Source: an uncultured Pseudomonadales bacterium (lineage in GTDB: Bacteria > Patescibacteriota > Microgenomatia > UBA1400 > PJMF01). Taken from it: a stretch of 64,000 nt of DNA. The position numbers were made by a program, and so were the translations under genes. Positions within the stretch are counted from its first letter, which is position 1; each line of letters opens with the position of its first letter. The stretch spans positions 16,040 through 80,039 of the forward strand of contig CAZYNM010000001.1 of NCBI GenBank assembly GCA_964648715.1. Direction: 5' to 3'. Below are positions 49,217 through 59,932 of this stretch, piece by piece. A model generated the notes under the pieces. It did no database searches and was not told the DNA's origin. It worked only from the letters and a program-made list of their open reading frames with translations.

Positions 49217-49999
49217 ATGTTAGAAATAAAAAATCTACACGCCGCGTTTGAGCAGACTGCTATTCTTCGTGGAGTATCCTTGACTGTGGAACCTGGTTCA
49301 TTGCATGCCATTATGGGTCCAAATGGATCAGGCAAAAGTACCTTTGCCAGTGTGTTGGCTGGACATCCATTTTTTACAGTCACAGATCCCGAGAAACACA
49401 GCACCAGTATCTTACTTGATGGGTCAGATATCTTGGAAGCATCACCTGATGAGCGGTCACAAGCAGGACTCTTCCTTGCATTTCAATATCCAGTTGAAGT
49501 GCCCGGTGTATCGGTACAGAACTTCTTGAGGCAGGCACATAAAGCGCGCTTTGCTACAGAGCCAGACAAACAGTTTGCTCGTGCCTTGGACTTTTTTACC
49601 TACCTTAGAGAAACAGCAAACGAGTTTGGTATTAATGAGTCATTTCTTACTCGTGGGCTCAATGAAGGATTTAGTGGGGGAGAAAAAAAACAGTTGGAGA
49701 TTTTGCAGATGGCAGTGCTTGCACCTCGCTATGCCATTTTAGATGAAACAGATTCTGGTCTTGATATGGATGCTATCAAAAAAGTGTCAGTCAATGTCCA
49801 GAAAATACGCGCCAGAACCGGAATGGGTTGTATCTTGATCACGCATTACAACCGCATTCTAGAATACTTATCTCCATCAGCGGTTCACGTGATGGTGGCT
49901 GGTGCCATCGTACGATCTGGCGGTCCAGAACTCATCAAAACCCTTGAAGCAGAAGGGTATGCACCGTATAAGCACATGGTAGAGGAGTCACGCGCATGA
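49217..49999 (+). CDS. sufC: Fe-S cluster assembly ATPase SufC
   Basis: GPNGSGKST, FQYPVEVPGV, GFSGGEKK, LDETDSGLD. Confidence 0.95.
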   Translation: MLEIKNLHAAFEQTAILRGVSLTVEPGSLHAIMGPNGSGKSTFASVLAGHPFFTVTDPEKHSTSILLDGSDILEASPDERSQAGLFLAFQYPVEVPGVSVQNFLRQAHKARFATEPDKQFARALDFFTYLRETANEFGINESFLTRGLNEGFSGGEKKQLEILQMAVLAPRYAILDETDSGLDMDAIKKVSVNVQKIRARTGMGCILITHYNRILEYLSPSAVHVMVAGAIVRSGGPELIKTLEAEGYAPYKHMVEESRA

Positions 50000-50484
50000 A
50001 AGCCCCACACGAACACCAACTCACCTCCGAAGTTAAGTTGTTGCAAAAAGCTGTCTTGGTACAGGGAGAGAAAGCACTGATTCTGAAGCGTTCAGCAGAC
50101 AGTGGTAGCCGTGCTGAGAAATGGGATTTGCCGGGAGGTAATACTGAATGGCCAGACGGTTCAGAAGACATACGTAATCCTCACTTACAAGATGTAGTGC
50201 GTGAAATCTTTGAAGAGACAGGCATAGAACTGTCAACTTCTGCAGTGTCAGACTGCCTATATGTGGGGAGCTATTTTGAGCCAGGAAAAGAGATCTATAC
50301 CATTATTCTAGGCTGGGGCATCACTTTGCCATTAGATGTACTACAACACGACATAGTATTAAGCGATGAGCACACAGCTTCTACCTGGATTAGTCTTTCA
50401 GAGTTTGATCAATACGACTTTGGATTTGCTGGTGAGCAGAATGGGTTCATAAGACTGATGATTGAAAAGGCTCTCAAGCGTTAA
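49996..50484 (+). CDS. Nudix hydrolase with an extended Nudix box
   Basis: KWDLPGG...VVREIFEETG, LSDEH. Confidence 0.8.
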   Translation: MKAPHEHQLTSEVKLLQKAVLVQGEKALILKRSADSGSRAEKWDLPGGNTEWPDGSEDIRNPHLQDVVREIFEETGIELSTSAVSDCLYVGSYFEPGKEIYTIILGWGITLPLDVLQHDIVLSDEHTASTWISLSEFDQYDFGFAGEQNGFIRLMIEKALKR

Positions 50485-50492
50485 GACAAGCT

Positions 50493-51917
50493 ATGGCTCG
50501 ATTTGCACAAAAGCACACAACTACTTTTGAAACAGCTCAAGATCACTATGAGCATGGGTATACATTCCCCACGAATCACTATGCACATATCACGAAGCCC
50601 GGTCTCAGCACACACGTAGTTGAGGAAATTTCTCACATCAAAGAAGAGCCAGCATGGATGCTCAAAGCTCGTCTCACTGCATACGAGCAATTTCTTGCCA
50701 AGCCTACGCCTACTTGGGGTGGAGATTTAAAGAATATTGATTACGATAAAATTCATTACTACCTGCGACCTACTGATGCACAAGCACACTCATGGAACGA
50801 TGTCCCTGCTGACGTCAAAGAAACGTTTGAACGTTTGGGTATCCCTCAGGCAGAACGAGCTGTGCTAGCAGGAGTTAAGGCTCAGTATGATAGTGAGGTT
50901 GTGTATGGTTCACTCAAAGAAGTATTTGCTAAAGACGGCGTTATATTCCTCTCCATGGATGATGGGTTGAAAGAGTATCCCGATCTTGTGAAGCAGTACT
51001 TTGGTACCGTTATTCCCAGCGGGGATAATAAGTTCTCGGCACTCAACACGGCAGCCTGGTCCGGTGGCTCATTTGTGTACATTCCCAAAGGAGTGCAGGT
51101 GAAACTGCCACTCCAGACTTACTTTAGAATTAACGCAGAAAATGCAGGTCAGTTTGAGCGCACGCTCATCATAGTTGATGAAGGGGCCAGTGTGCATTAC
51201 ATTGAAGGATGTACTGCACCTCAATTTTCTTCTGGTTCGCTCCACTCAGCAGTGGTGGAAATTGTAGTCAAAAAAGGTGCTCGTTGTCAGTACACCACTA
51301 TTCAAAATTGGTATAAAAATGTCTACAACTTGGTAACTAAGCGAGCGTTGGTGGAAGAAGACGCAAAAATGATCTGGACAGACTTTAATATGGGATCAAA
51401 ACTGACTATGAAGTACCCTGGCTTTATATTGGCAGGCAAAGGTGCTACTGGCGAAACGCTCAGTATGGCACTGGCTGGAGCTGGACAACATCAAGACACA
51501 GGATCAAAGGCTATTCACCTAGCTCCTTATACTAACTCTACCATTATTTCTAAATCTATTTCTAAAGATGGTGGACGCACCTCGTATCGTGGTTTGGTCA
51601 ACGTAGGTCCGCATGCTCACAACAGCAACAACACAGTGATCTGTGATGCGTTGCTACTTGATGATCATTCACGGTCGGATACGTACCCAGTAGATAGAAT
51701 TTTTAATTCACGTGTAGCAGTACAGCATGAAGCAACAGTCTCAAAAATAGGAGACGACCAGTTATTTTATTTGATGAGTAGAGGGGTGAGTGAAGAAGAT
51801 GCACGCAAGATGGTAGTACACGGTTTTATTGATGACCTTGTCAAGAAACTACCCTTTGAGTATGCGGTAGAAATGAACAGGCTGATTGATCATGAGATGG
51901 AAGGAAGTATCGGCTAA
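50493..51917 (+). CDS. sufB: Fe-S cluster assembly protein SufB
   Basis: WSGGSFVYIP, GQFERTLII, YIEGCTAP, LHSAVVE, HEATVSKI. Confidence 0.96.
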   Translation: MARFAQKHTTTFETAQDHYEHGYTFPTNHYAHITKPGLSTHVVEEISHIKEEPAWMLKARLTAYEQFLAKPTPTWGGDLKNIDYDKIHYYLRPTDAQAHSWNDVPADVKETFERLGIPQAERAVLAGVKAQYDSEVVYGSLKEVFAKDGVIFLSMDDGLKEYPDLVKQYFGTVIPSGDNKFSALNTAAWSGGSFVYIPKGVQVKLPLQTYFRINAENAGQFERTLIIVDEGASVHYIEGCTAPQFSSGSLHSAVVEIVVKKGARCQYTTIQNWYKNVYNLVTKRALVEEDAKMIWTDFNMGSKLTMKYPGFILAGKGATGETLSMALAGAGQHQDTGSKAIHLAPYTNSTIISKSISKDGGRTSYRGLVNVGPHAHNSNNTVICDALLLDDHSRSDTYPVDRIFNSRVAVQHEATVSKIGDDQLFYLMSRGVSEEDARKMVVHGFIDDLVKKLPFEYAVEMNRLIDHEMEGSIG

Positions 51918-51937
51918 TGGCTAAGACATTCTGCCTG

Positions 51938-52306
51938 TTAGGCAGCCAGTAAGGTGGTGATTCTGTGCATCACCTGGTTAATACTCGTTTGTGCTTTGAT
52001 ATAGAATTCTTGTGCACCCAGTGACAGTGCAGTTCTCTCATGATCATTTGGCAAGTTTGTGAGTACAATTACGGGTACGTGAAACTCAGTGAGTTTGGTT
52101 CTCATTGTTTGCAGAAGACTGAATCCATCTTCTTTGCCTTCGAGGAGAATATCTAGGAGGACAATATCTGGCATATCTCTCTGTAAGAGTGCCAGTGCAT
52201 CGGGAACAGTGCGTGCTGTCTGAACAGAATGGCCAAGTCTTAGGAGCTTCAATTTATAAATTTCTATAAATTGTGGGTCGTCTTCAATAAGTAGTACTTT
52301 TTTCAT
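51938..52306 (-). CDS. Stand-alone response regulator receiver
   Basis: VLLIEDD, PDIVLLDILL, VIVLTN, FYIK. Confidence 0.9.
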   Translation of the reverse strand: MKKVLLIEDDPQFIEIYKLKLLRLGHSVQTARTVPDALALLQRDMPDIVLLDILLEGKEDGFSLLQTMRTKLTEFHVPVIVLTNLPNDHERTALSLGAQEFYIKAQTSINQVMHRITTLLAA

Positions 52307-52311
52307 AAAGA

Positions 52312-53382
52312 TTATTTTTTTTGTATGTCCTTCACTGTATGAGCAACAGACCGATTGCATATAAATACAGTAGAGTCAGTTTGTATGACAACTAAGTCAC
52401 GCACACCAAGCAGTGCAATTCTTTGATGGTAGGGTATGACAAGACATCCCGTGGATTGCACTGTATCAACACTGGCTGAAGGCAAGGTTGGGAGTAGCAC
52501 ATTTCCTTGTTCATCATGTGGACAAGAGCGATAAAAACTTTCCCAGTTGCCAATATCCTGCCAGCTGTAATCGGCTTTATACACAAACAAGTGTTGGAGT
52601 TTTTCGGTTATTTTGTGTTCAAAAGACACTCGTTCAACTCGAGAGAACCATGATTTTAGTTGAACAAAATATTCTTTTTCTGAAGCAACAATACGTAACT
52701 GAAGTAGTTCTTGATATATCTCAGGCGCGTATGTTTTTATTTCTTGTAAAAGTATGGACGTACGCCACACATATACACCCGTGTTCCATACATACTGACC
52801 AGTAGCAATAAATAGTTCCGCCGTTTTTTTATCAGGTTTTTCAGTAAAAGTATCAACAGCATATAAATTTTGTGCTCGTGTTGGCAATCCAAGTTTGATG
52901 TAACCATATTGTGTTTCGGGGTATGCTGGCGGGGTACCAATACAGATAATCGAGTTGCGTTTCCTTGCTAGTTGAGCGACATGTTTAATAGTCGCAATAA
53001 AATTTTTTAAACCATAAATTTTATGGTCAGAAAATAGCATTACCGCAATAGAATCAGGGTAGAGTATCTCCAGATGGAGTGCAGTCAGTGCAATAGCAGC
53101 TGTTGTGTCAGCATTATGTGGTTGTATTACCAAATTTTTTTCTGGTATTTGAACTAGGTGCCGCAAAAGAGGTGCTAGTTTTTCGGTGGTCACAACTACA
53201 ATGTGCTCACGGGGAAAAGCAAGTAATGCTCGCTCATATGCTTCAACAAAAAGAGTTTCCTGTGCAAAAACGGGGTGTACCTGTTTGGGTAATTGAGGTG
53301 TAGAGACTGGCCATAACCGTTGACCATCTCCTCCAGCAAAGATTACTCCAATTGCTTGTTTGCAAGCATTTTTTGAGTACAT
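52312..53382 (-). CDS. Mannose-1-phosphate guanylyltransferase (ManC-like, no PMI domain)
   Basis: FAGGDGQRLWPVS, PKQ, SDH, ETQYGYI, FTEKPD, WNTG, WQDIGNW. Confidence 0.85.
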   Translation of the reverse strand: MYSKNACKQAIGVIFAGGDGQRLWPVSTPQLPKQVHPVFAQETLFVEAYERALLAFPREHIVVVTTEKLAPLLRHLVQIPEKNLVIQPHNADTTAAIALTALHLEILYPDSIAVMLFSDHKIYGLKNFIATIKHVAQLARKRNSIICIGTPPAYPETQYGYIKLGLPTRAQNLYAVDTFTEKPDKKTAELFIATGQYVWNTGVYVWRTSILLQEIKTYAPEIYQELLQLRIVASEKEYFVQLKSWFSRVERVSFEHKITEKLQHLFVYKADYSWQDIGNWESFYRSCPHDEQGNVLLPTLPSASVDTVQSTGCLVIPYHQRIALLGVRDLVVIQTDSTVFICNRSVAHTVKDIQKK

Positions 53383-53446
53383 ACTATTCAGATTTTTTTT
53401 GTTACTATCAATATAGATTAAAGATTCACAGAATGTAAGTGGCTCC

Positions 53447-55315
53447 ATGCACTTGATAGATCGCCAATTATTCTATACACAGTTACGGAAAAGAGTTGGT
53501 TTTCGCATGCACAAAAATGAGGCTGGCTGGATGGCTACCAAGCAGCCAACTCTTTATTTAGCTGCACGACGACTGCATACAAAAACCTCCTTTTTTAAGA
53601 TGGTGGCAAAAGTCTGTGGACTGCCATACACAGATACGCTCCCAATTCGTATTTTTGAGAAAGACTCACTCGTCCAAAAAGTGGGGCTAGAAGCAGCGAG
53701 CAAGTATCTCTTCTTCCCCTATTATGAAAATAAAAAACTCTTTGTGGCTGTATCTGATCCATACCAGTGGCAAGAAATACAGCAGATATGCCAAGAGAAG
53801 CTTGGATGCTCTGAGATCAGTTTTGTGGTGACGGAACCATTCCGTATTTGGTCTGCACTTAATCATGCAAGCTATATTCCGTCACAGGAGGTGGCAGAAT
53901 CTCATCTGCATATTCAATACCCACAGTACTCAGGCAAAGAGCGTTCACATTTATTCTTAAAAGCTGTGCTCGTGGGTTGTGTTGGGCTTGGTCTTGGCGG
54001 ACTGCTGTTTTCACCACACACAATGGTGTTGGTGGTGCTAGTTACTCTTAATAGTCTCTACCTTATCTTGAATCCTCTGCGTCTAATCCTCTCGCTTGGC
54101 GCTTTTCGCATACAGAAAGAAGATAGTAATCAAAAAATCAAAGGGGCAGTGCCAGACCACACATTGCCTGTGTACACACTATTGATCCCACTTAAGGAAG
54201 AGAAAACAGTTGTCCCACAACTCATACAGAGTTTGCAGCAACTTGATTATCCGCCAGAAAAATTGGACATCAAGTTTGTGGTGGAAGTCACGGATACAAC
54301 TACGCTTAAAGCACTTGAGGACGCTGGTCTTTCTGTCCATGAAACGTCTCCATCAAGCTCGTATGAACTTCATCAAGTTGTTAAAGTTCCCGTTGGGGAG
54401 CTATCAACCAAACCTCGTTCGTGTAATTATGCTCTACAGTTTGCGCGGGGTGAATTGGTGGTCATTTATGATGCAGAAGACCAGCCTGACCCACTTCAAT
54501 TAAGAAAAGCATATTACGCCTTTCTCAATTCTCACCTCAATACCATATGTGTTCAAGCAAAATTAAACTACTACAATACAAATCAAAATATTATGACTCG
54601 CTGTTTTACTGCCGAGTATAGTTACTGGTTTGATATCTTATTACCTGCACTCGCTCACTGGCGAATTCCGTTGCCTTTGGGTGGAACGAGTAATCATTTT
54701 CAAACAAAAGCATTGAAGACTATTGGTACTTGGGATCCTTACAATGTTACTGAAGATGCAGAGCTGGGTTGGAGATTGAGTAGATTAGGATATCAAACTA
54801 CTATGATGGACTCATATACTCTTGAAGAAGCAAACAGTGAAACGCTCAACTGGATTAGACAGCGCACACGTTGGCAAAAAGGATTCTTGATGACGTTACT
54901 GGTGCATTTGCGACACCCCATACAATTAGTTCGTGATCTGGGTATACGGGGGGCAGTCGTGTCCACAGTTGTTTTCGCGAGTACAGTAGTGCTTCCTATC
55001 ATCAATCTGTGGTTGTGGATCCATTCGTTGTGCTGGCTTCTCTCAGAACAGCTTGGTCTGGTTACAGTTTTCACTACCTTGCCGGTATGGATAACTACAA
55101 TCACTTTAGCCAATTTAATTTTTGGCAATGTGTTATACATTGCTCTGCACGCCATAGGGCTCATCTATACAAAGCAGTGGCCATTACTCTGGATACTGCC
55201 ATTTTTACCGCTGTATTGGTTGCTACAATCTATTAGTGGTTATAGGTCTCTCTGGCAAATAACCAAGCAACCTCACCTGTGGGAAAAAACCAAACATGGC
55301 TTAGCGATAGCTTAA
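53447..55315 (+). CDS. Processive-type GT2 glycosyltransferase with N-terminal GspE/PilB-N-like domain
   Basis: N-terminal AKVCGLPY...LFVAVSDP...ISFVV; GT2 motifs TKPRSCN, YDAED, GGTSNHF, TEDAELG, RQRTRW; C-terminal TMs and WEKTKHG. Confidence 0.85.
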   Translation: MHLIDRQLFYTQLRKRVGFRMHKNEAGWMATKQPTLYLAARRLHTKTSFFKMVAKVCGLPYTDTLPIRIFEKDSLVQKVGLEAASKYLFFPYYENKKLFVAVSDPYQWQEIQQICQEKLGCSEISFVVTEPFRIWSALNHASYIPSQEVAESHLHIQYPQYSGKERSHLFLKAVLVGCVGLGLGGLLFSPHTMVLVVLVTLNSLYLILNPLRLILSLGAFRIQKEDSNQKIKGAVPDHTLPVYTLLIPLKEEKTVVPQLIQSLQQLDYPPEKLDIKFVVEVTDTTTLKALEDAGLSVHETSPSSSYELHQVVKVPVGELSTKPRSCNYALQFARGELVVIYDAEDQPDPLQLRKAYYAFLNSHLNTICVQAKLNYYNTNQNIMTRCFTAEYSYWFDILLPALAHWRIPLPLGGTSNHFQTKALKTIGTWDPYNVTEDAELGWRLSRLGYQTTMMDSYTLEEANSETLNWIRQRTRWQKGFLMTLLVHLRHPIQLVRDLGIRGAVVSTVVFASTVVLPIINLWLWIHSLCWLLSEQLGLVTVFTTLPVWITTITLANLIFGNVLYIALHAIGLIYTKQWPLLWILPFLPLYWLLQSISGYRSLWQITKQPHLWEKTKHGLAIA

Positions 55316-55318
55316 ACT

Positions 55319-55690
55319 TCAATTGACCAAATATTCGTTACATTTGTTTACAAGATCTTTAATTGAAATATCACTCTTAATGAAGACATCAGATGCACCC
55401 AGTGAAAGGGCCTCTTTTGCGATTTCTGGTTGATCATTATTGGTAGCCACTAGGATAGGAATCACTTTTGTATATTCATTTTTATTAAATTGTTTTAGAA
55501 AATCTATCCCGTTCATAACAGGCATAAGTAGATCAAGAATGATAAGGTCTGGTTGATTTTTCTTTATTCTAGCCAGCGCTTCTTGACCATTAGCAGCAGT
55601 TATAACTTGAAAGTCTGTCTGTGACAGTTTGAGTGTATAGGCATCCATCAAAAATGTGTCATCTTCTACAACCAATATGATTTTTGCCAT
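55319..55690 (-). CDS. Stand-alone response regulator receiver
   Basis: LVVEDD, PDLIILDLLMPVMNG, LVATN, VFIK. Confidence 0.9.
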   Translation of the reverse strand: MAKIILVVEDDTFLMDAYTLKLSQTDFQVITAANGQEALARIKKNQPDLIILDLLMPVMNGIDFLKQFNKNEYTKVIPILVATNNDQPEIAKEALSLGASDVFIKSDISIKDLVNKCNEYLVN

Positions 55691-55811
55691 ATATGCCTTT
55701 TTTAAGTAGCTACCCCGAACACTCTTTTCAGTATAGCATACAAATCTTTTTACAACTTTGGTTAATCAATGGATGTATAAGTTAAAACGAAAATGTGTTA
55801 CTATCCTAACC

Positions 55812-57716
55812 ATGAGTGAGCAACCACATGCATTTGAACAACTACCTATTTGTCTTTTGCAGTTAAATGCACAAGGGGAGTGTGTGTATGCCAATACCCA
55901 TATATTGAAGACAGCACAAGGAACATTTGCAGACTTTGCTGCTCATAAGTGGCAACATATTTTTTACAAACTAGATGCGCAAAAAATTTTGGGATACATT
56001 AAGGATGCGCAACCCGAACAGAATATACTTGTCTTTGATGCTCAGATTACCCTACCAAGCGGTGTGCGCTGGACGCAGGTTCGAGTGTGTCGCATGCAAG
56101 GACAGGATAACACTATTTTGTTGTTTGTTGATATATCACAGGTGAAAGAACAGGCAGAATTGCTTTTTGTGAATGAAGAGAAATTCCGAGGCGCATTTGA
56201 AAATGTTTCAGCTGGCATGGCGCTTGTTTCCCTTGATGGAACGTTACTCAAAGTAAATAGCGCTTTATGTAAAATGCTGGGATATTCTCGAGGTGAAATT
56301 GAAGGCAAAAACTTTCAGGTGTTGTCTCACCCAGATGATCTTCATGAAGATGAGGAAAATTCAAAAAAAGTTCTCTCGGGGAAAATAAGTCATTATCAGA
56401 TAGAAAAGCGCTATCTGCATAGGGATCAATCACAAATATGGACTATTTTAAGTGTGGATTTAGTTGCTGATAACGTGGGACAACCGCAATTCTTTATTTG
56501 TCATATTCAAGATATTTCCAAACTGAAACAAACGTCGCTTGCGCTGGCAGATAAAATTGCGGAGTTGTCTGACCAAGTCAAAGAAACGCAAAAATTTAAA
56601 CTAGCTGTTGAGTTTGCTTCTGACCATATAGTGATTAGTGACCCAAATGGTATTGTGGTGTATGCCAATCAAGCAGTAGAACATGTGACTGGGTATACAG
56701 CCTCAGAAGCGTTTGGAAAAAAAGCGGGTAAACTTTGGAGTTCACCCATGCCGCCAGAATACTATAAAAACATGTGGCACATTATTAAAGAAGAGAAGCA
56801 GACCTTCCAGGGTGAGATCATTAATAGAAGAAAATCTGGCGAGGAATACACAGCACACCTCACTATTTCACCTATATTAGATGACACTGGTGAAGTAGTT
56901 TTCTTTCTGGGAATTGAGCGAGATATCTCAAAGGAAAAGTCTATTGACAAAGCAAAGTCGGAATTTGTTTCCTTTGCATCACATCAGCTGCGAACACCAC
57001 TTACTTCAGTCAAGTGGTACACCGAAATGCTTTTGGCTGGTGATGCTGGTCCCCTTACTGCAAATCAAGGAAAGTATGTCAAAGAAATATATGTTGGTAG
57101 TAAAAGAATGGTCTCATTGGTTACTGCACTCCTCAATGTTTCACGTATTGAAATGGGAACATTCTCTGTTGAGCCAGAACCTACCAACATTGAAGACGTC
57201 ATAGACGTAGTTCTTGATGAATTGAAGTTGCAGATTGCTGAAAAAGAACTTGAAGTGAAACGAGATATCGCCATGTTGGGATCAGTCCTCACTGATCAGA
57301 AATTGATACGGATTGTATTCCAGAACTTGCTTACCAACTCTATTAAATACACACCCACCAAAGGGAAAATTACGATTCAGTTGCAGAAGGCTGCTGCTGG
57401 AGAGGAAGTACATAACAAGCGCATTCCGCAGGCCGCATGGATCATCTCTGTGCAAGATACAGGATACGGTATTCCCGACCAACAAAAAAATATGATCTTC
57501 ACCAAACTTTTCCGGGCTGATAACGTGAGGATAAAAGATACAACTGGCACAGGGTTGGGTCTCTATATCACCAAATCCATCATTACCGAATCTGGCGGTG
57601 AGATTTGGTTTACTTCTACGGAAGACGTGGGTTCGGTGTTTTCATTTTGGTTACCACTCAACGGTATGAATAAGCGATCGGGTAGCAGATCGCTAGAAGA
57701 GAATCATGAATCCTAA
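55812..57716 (+). CDS. Cytoplasmic multi-PAS sensor histidine kinase
   Basis: Three PAS-like domains, H-box ASHQLRTPL, N-box NLLTNSIKY, DTGYGI, GTGLGL; no TM. Confidence 0.92.
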   Translation: MSEQPHAFEQLPICLLQLNAQGECVYANTHILKTAQGTFADFAAHKWQHIFYKLDAQKILGYIKDAQPEQNILVFDAQITLPSGVRWTQVRVCRMQGQDNTILLFVDISQVKEQAELLFVNEEKFRGAFENVSAGMALVSLDGTLLKVNSALCKMLGYSRGEIEGKNFQVLSHPDDLHEDEENSKKVLSGKISHYQIEKRYLHRDQSQIWTILSVDLVADNVGQPQFFICHIQDISKLKQTSLALADKIAELSDQVKETQKFKLAVEFASDHIVISDPNGIVVYANQAVEHVTGYTASEAFGKKAGKLWSSPMPPEYYKNMWHIIKEEKQTFQGEIINRRKSGEEYTAHLTISPILDDTGEVVFFLGIERDISKEKSIDKAKSEFVSFASHQLRTPLTSVKWYTEMLLAGDAGPLTANQGKYVKEIYVGSKRMVSLVTALLNVSRIEMGTFSVEPEPTNIEDVIDVVLDELKLQIAEKELEVKRDIAMLGSVLTDQKLIRIVFQNLLTNSIKYTPTKGKITIQLQKAAAGEEVHNKRIPQAAWIISVQDTGYGIPDQQKNMIFTKLFRADNVRIKDTTGTGLGLYITKSIITESGGEIWFTSTEDVGSVFSFWLPLNGMNKRSGSRSLEENHES

Positions 57717-58131
57717 AAATTATTCTGAGTTTACTATTCTGGTGATTGAAGATGAGCTACCTTTGCAAGATGCAATCAGGATCAAACTAGAGAACAATGG
57801 CTTACGTGTTGTGACTGCACGCAGTGTTAAGCAAGCGTTGTCGTATATCACCGAACTGCCAACTATTGATATTATTTGGCTTGATCACTACCTATTGGGC
57901 CAAGAAAACGGTTTAGCTTTTGTAGCAACCTTGAAGGATCCCGACAGTGTCCACAAAAATATCCCTATTTTTGTAGTGTCAAATAGTGTGGGACAAGATA
58001 AGATAACAAGCTATATACGATTGGGTGTCAATAAATATTATACAAAAACTGACTTTTCACTGGCCGAGATTGTTACGGATATCAAAGAGTTTGTGAGTGA
58101 AAGTGCAGATCAACCTGTTACCAAAGACTAA
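57706..58131 (+). CDS. Stand-alone response regulator receiver
   Basis: ILVIEDE, IIWLDHYL, FVVSN, YYTK; overlaps the kinase stop. Confidence 0.9.
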   Translation: MNPKNYSEFTILVIEDELPLQDAIRIKLENNGLRVVTARSVKQALSYITELPTIDIIWLDHYLLGQENGLAFVATLKDPDSVHKNIPIFVVSNSVGQDKITSYIRLGVNKYYTKTDFSLAEIVTDIKEFVSESADQPVTKD

Positions 58132-58155
58132 GTCAAGTTTTGGTACAATACCACA

Positions 58156-58647
58156 ATGCAGAAAATGAACACATATGTGGTAAATGCACAAGAGCACCGT
58201 CATATCACTATTAGTGAAGTTGGGATACATGAGGTAAACTTGATCGGCCCAGCAGCAGAAGCAACAATTGTTGGTAGTTTTCATGCCACTGGCGCAGAAC
58301 AAAAAAGTGTTACTGTTGTTATCAACCACCAAGCTGCACACACACGTTCAAGCACTATTCTTAAAGGAGTCGCGAGTGACTCAGCACAGATTTATTTTAC
58401 GGGTAAGATTAAAGTAGCAGAGCATTGCCCTGACACTAATGCGTTTTTGACTGAGCGTATCCTTCTGTTATCTGACACAGCAGTTGCGCATGCCGTGCCA
58501 GATCTTGAAATACTTACAGATGATGTGAAATGCTCGCATGCAGCAAGTATCTCACACATCCCCGACCAGCACCTTTTTTATCTCATGAGCAGAGGATTGA
58601 CCCGCCAAGCTGCTCAAGACTTGATTGTTGATGGGTTTCTAAAATAA
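58156..58647 (+). CDS. sufD: Short SufD-like protein
   Basis: AVPDLEILTDDVKCSHAAS, LFYLMSRGL...LIVDGF. Confidence 0.85.
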   Translation: MQKMNTYVVNAQEHRHITISEVGIHEVNLIGPAAEATIVGSFHATGAEQKSVTVVINHQAAHTRSSTILKGVASDSAQIYFTGKIKVAEHCPDTNAFLTERILLLSDTAVAHAVPDLEILTDDVKCSHAASISHIPDQHLFYLMSRGLTRQAAQDLIVDGFLK

Positions 58648-59895
58648 GTAATCTCTATTTTTGGCAATAGACCAGATTCCTGGAGGAACTGGAGGGAGTT
58701 TGTGTTGATTGTGTAACGCCGATCTGATCTCGCAGACATAGGAAAAAATTTCTTCATACGAATTGCCTGCCAACTCTAGTTGGGCTGCCAAGGTGCCGTG
58801 GTCACTTTTGGCTGGTTTGTGCATAGTGGATGGAATACGAATGGTTGTACTGGGTATAAGTTCTTTGAGTTCTTCAAGTTGAGCGTAGGTATGCATTTGA
58901 GTAGAAAAAATGTTTGCTTGACACACTGTGCAGTTTGCTTCATGAAAAGTGAATGCTGCAGAACCCAATGCAACGTCGATAATGGCCTTGCTAATATCAA
59001 AATCATAGGCGGTCTTGTAGAGAAAACGGAAGGTATATGCCGCCCGTGAATTAATTTCAATCAGCACTGGTTTACCTTCAATAATCCAGTACTCAACGTT
59101 AAAAAACGTGTGATCAAGACCAATAGTTTTTATATCACTGCATGTTTGTGCCAAGAGTGCCCCCTGCATAGGGGCAGGAAGCCTAGAAGGGGAACTAAAG
59201 TTGTCAAAAAGAGTGTAATCACCCATAGGAAAGTTGGTATCAGTGATGAAGAGTGGCGTCACATGCCCGGCTTGTACGTATCCTTCTACGGTCACTTGTG
59301 GTGCGTGAATAAGTGGCTCAATAGTCATGGCATCGATGCATGCTTCTGGATACCGTGTGGCCAGTGAAGTATGTTTGAGTACTTCGTATATGGGAGCATT
59401 TAAGACAGGTAACTTCTTGTGTAATTGTGGGAGTACTCTCTCTATATCAGCTGGCGTATGAGCTTCAAAGCCGAGAGTCCCAAAAGAAGAATAGGGTGCT
59501 TTTAGATAACAAGGGAGTTTTGCTTTGGGGAAAGTGTCCCAGATATTCCACAGTTCTGATGACACTGCACAGTGTGTTTTTACTTTGGTGAGCTGTTTAT
59601 GCAAAGCTAGAAAAATACTCTCTACCGATGATCCTGGCAGATGCAGTTGCTCATTGAGATACGCTGCAATTAATGATCCCAAATCATTTTCACTCACGAC
59701 TGCTGCAATACAGTGCTCTCGGCAGTATGAAAGGCAAAATGCAAGAAATTCTGCATCTGGATATGGGCTGGGACCAGTCGCTTCTACAGAAAAAGTAATG
59801 TGATGCAATGTGAGATGAGCAGAGCGTTTCTCCACAGCAATAGGAGGACGCCTAACGGTCCCAGTACTTTTTGCTATGCGAAGAAGTGAAGTCAT
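58639..59895 (-). CDS. ATP-grasp fold ligase of unknown specificity
   Basis: LPCYLKAP, IEPLI..QVTVEGY, TFFNVEY, LIEINSR. Start re-assigned to MTSLLRIAK to avoid overlap with sufS. Confidence 0.8.
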   Translation of the reverse strand: MTSLLRIAKSTGTVRRPPIAVEKRSAHLTLHHITFSVEATGPSPYPDAEFLAFCLSYCREHCIAAVVSENDLGSLIAAYLNEQLHLPGSSVESIFLALHKQLTKVKTHCAVSSELWNIWDTFPKAKLPCYLKAPYSSFGTLGFEAHTPADIERVLPQLHKKLPVLNAPIYEVLKHTSLATRYPEACIDAMTIEPLIHAPQVTVEGYVQAGHVTPLFITDTNFPMGDYTLFDNFSSPSRLPAPMQGALLAQTCSDIKTIGLDHTFFNVEYWIIEGKPVLIEINSRAAYTFRFLYKTAYDFDISKAIIDVALGSAAFTFHEANCTVCQANIFSTQMHTYAQLEELKELIPSTTIRIPSTMHKPAKSDHGTLAAQLELAGNSYEEIFSYVCEIRSALHNQHKLPPVPPGIWSIAKNRDYLF

Positions 59896-59932
59896 GATGA
59901 GTGTCTGTCCCATTATACGGTACAATACAGAT

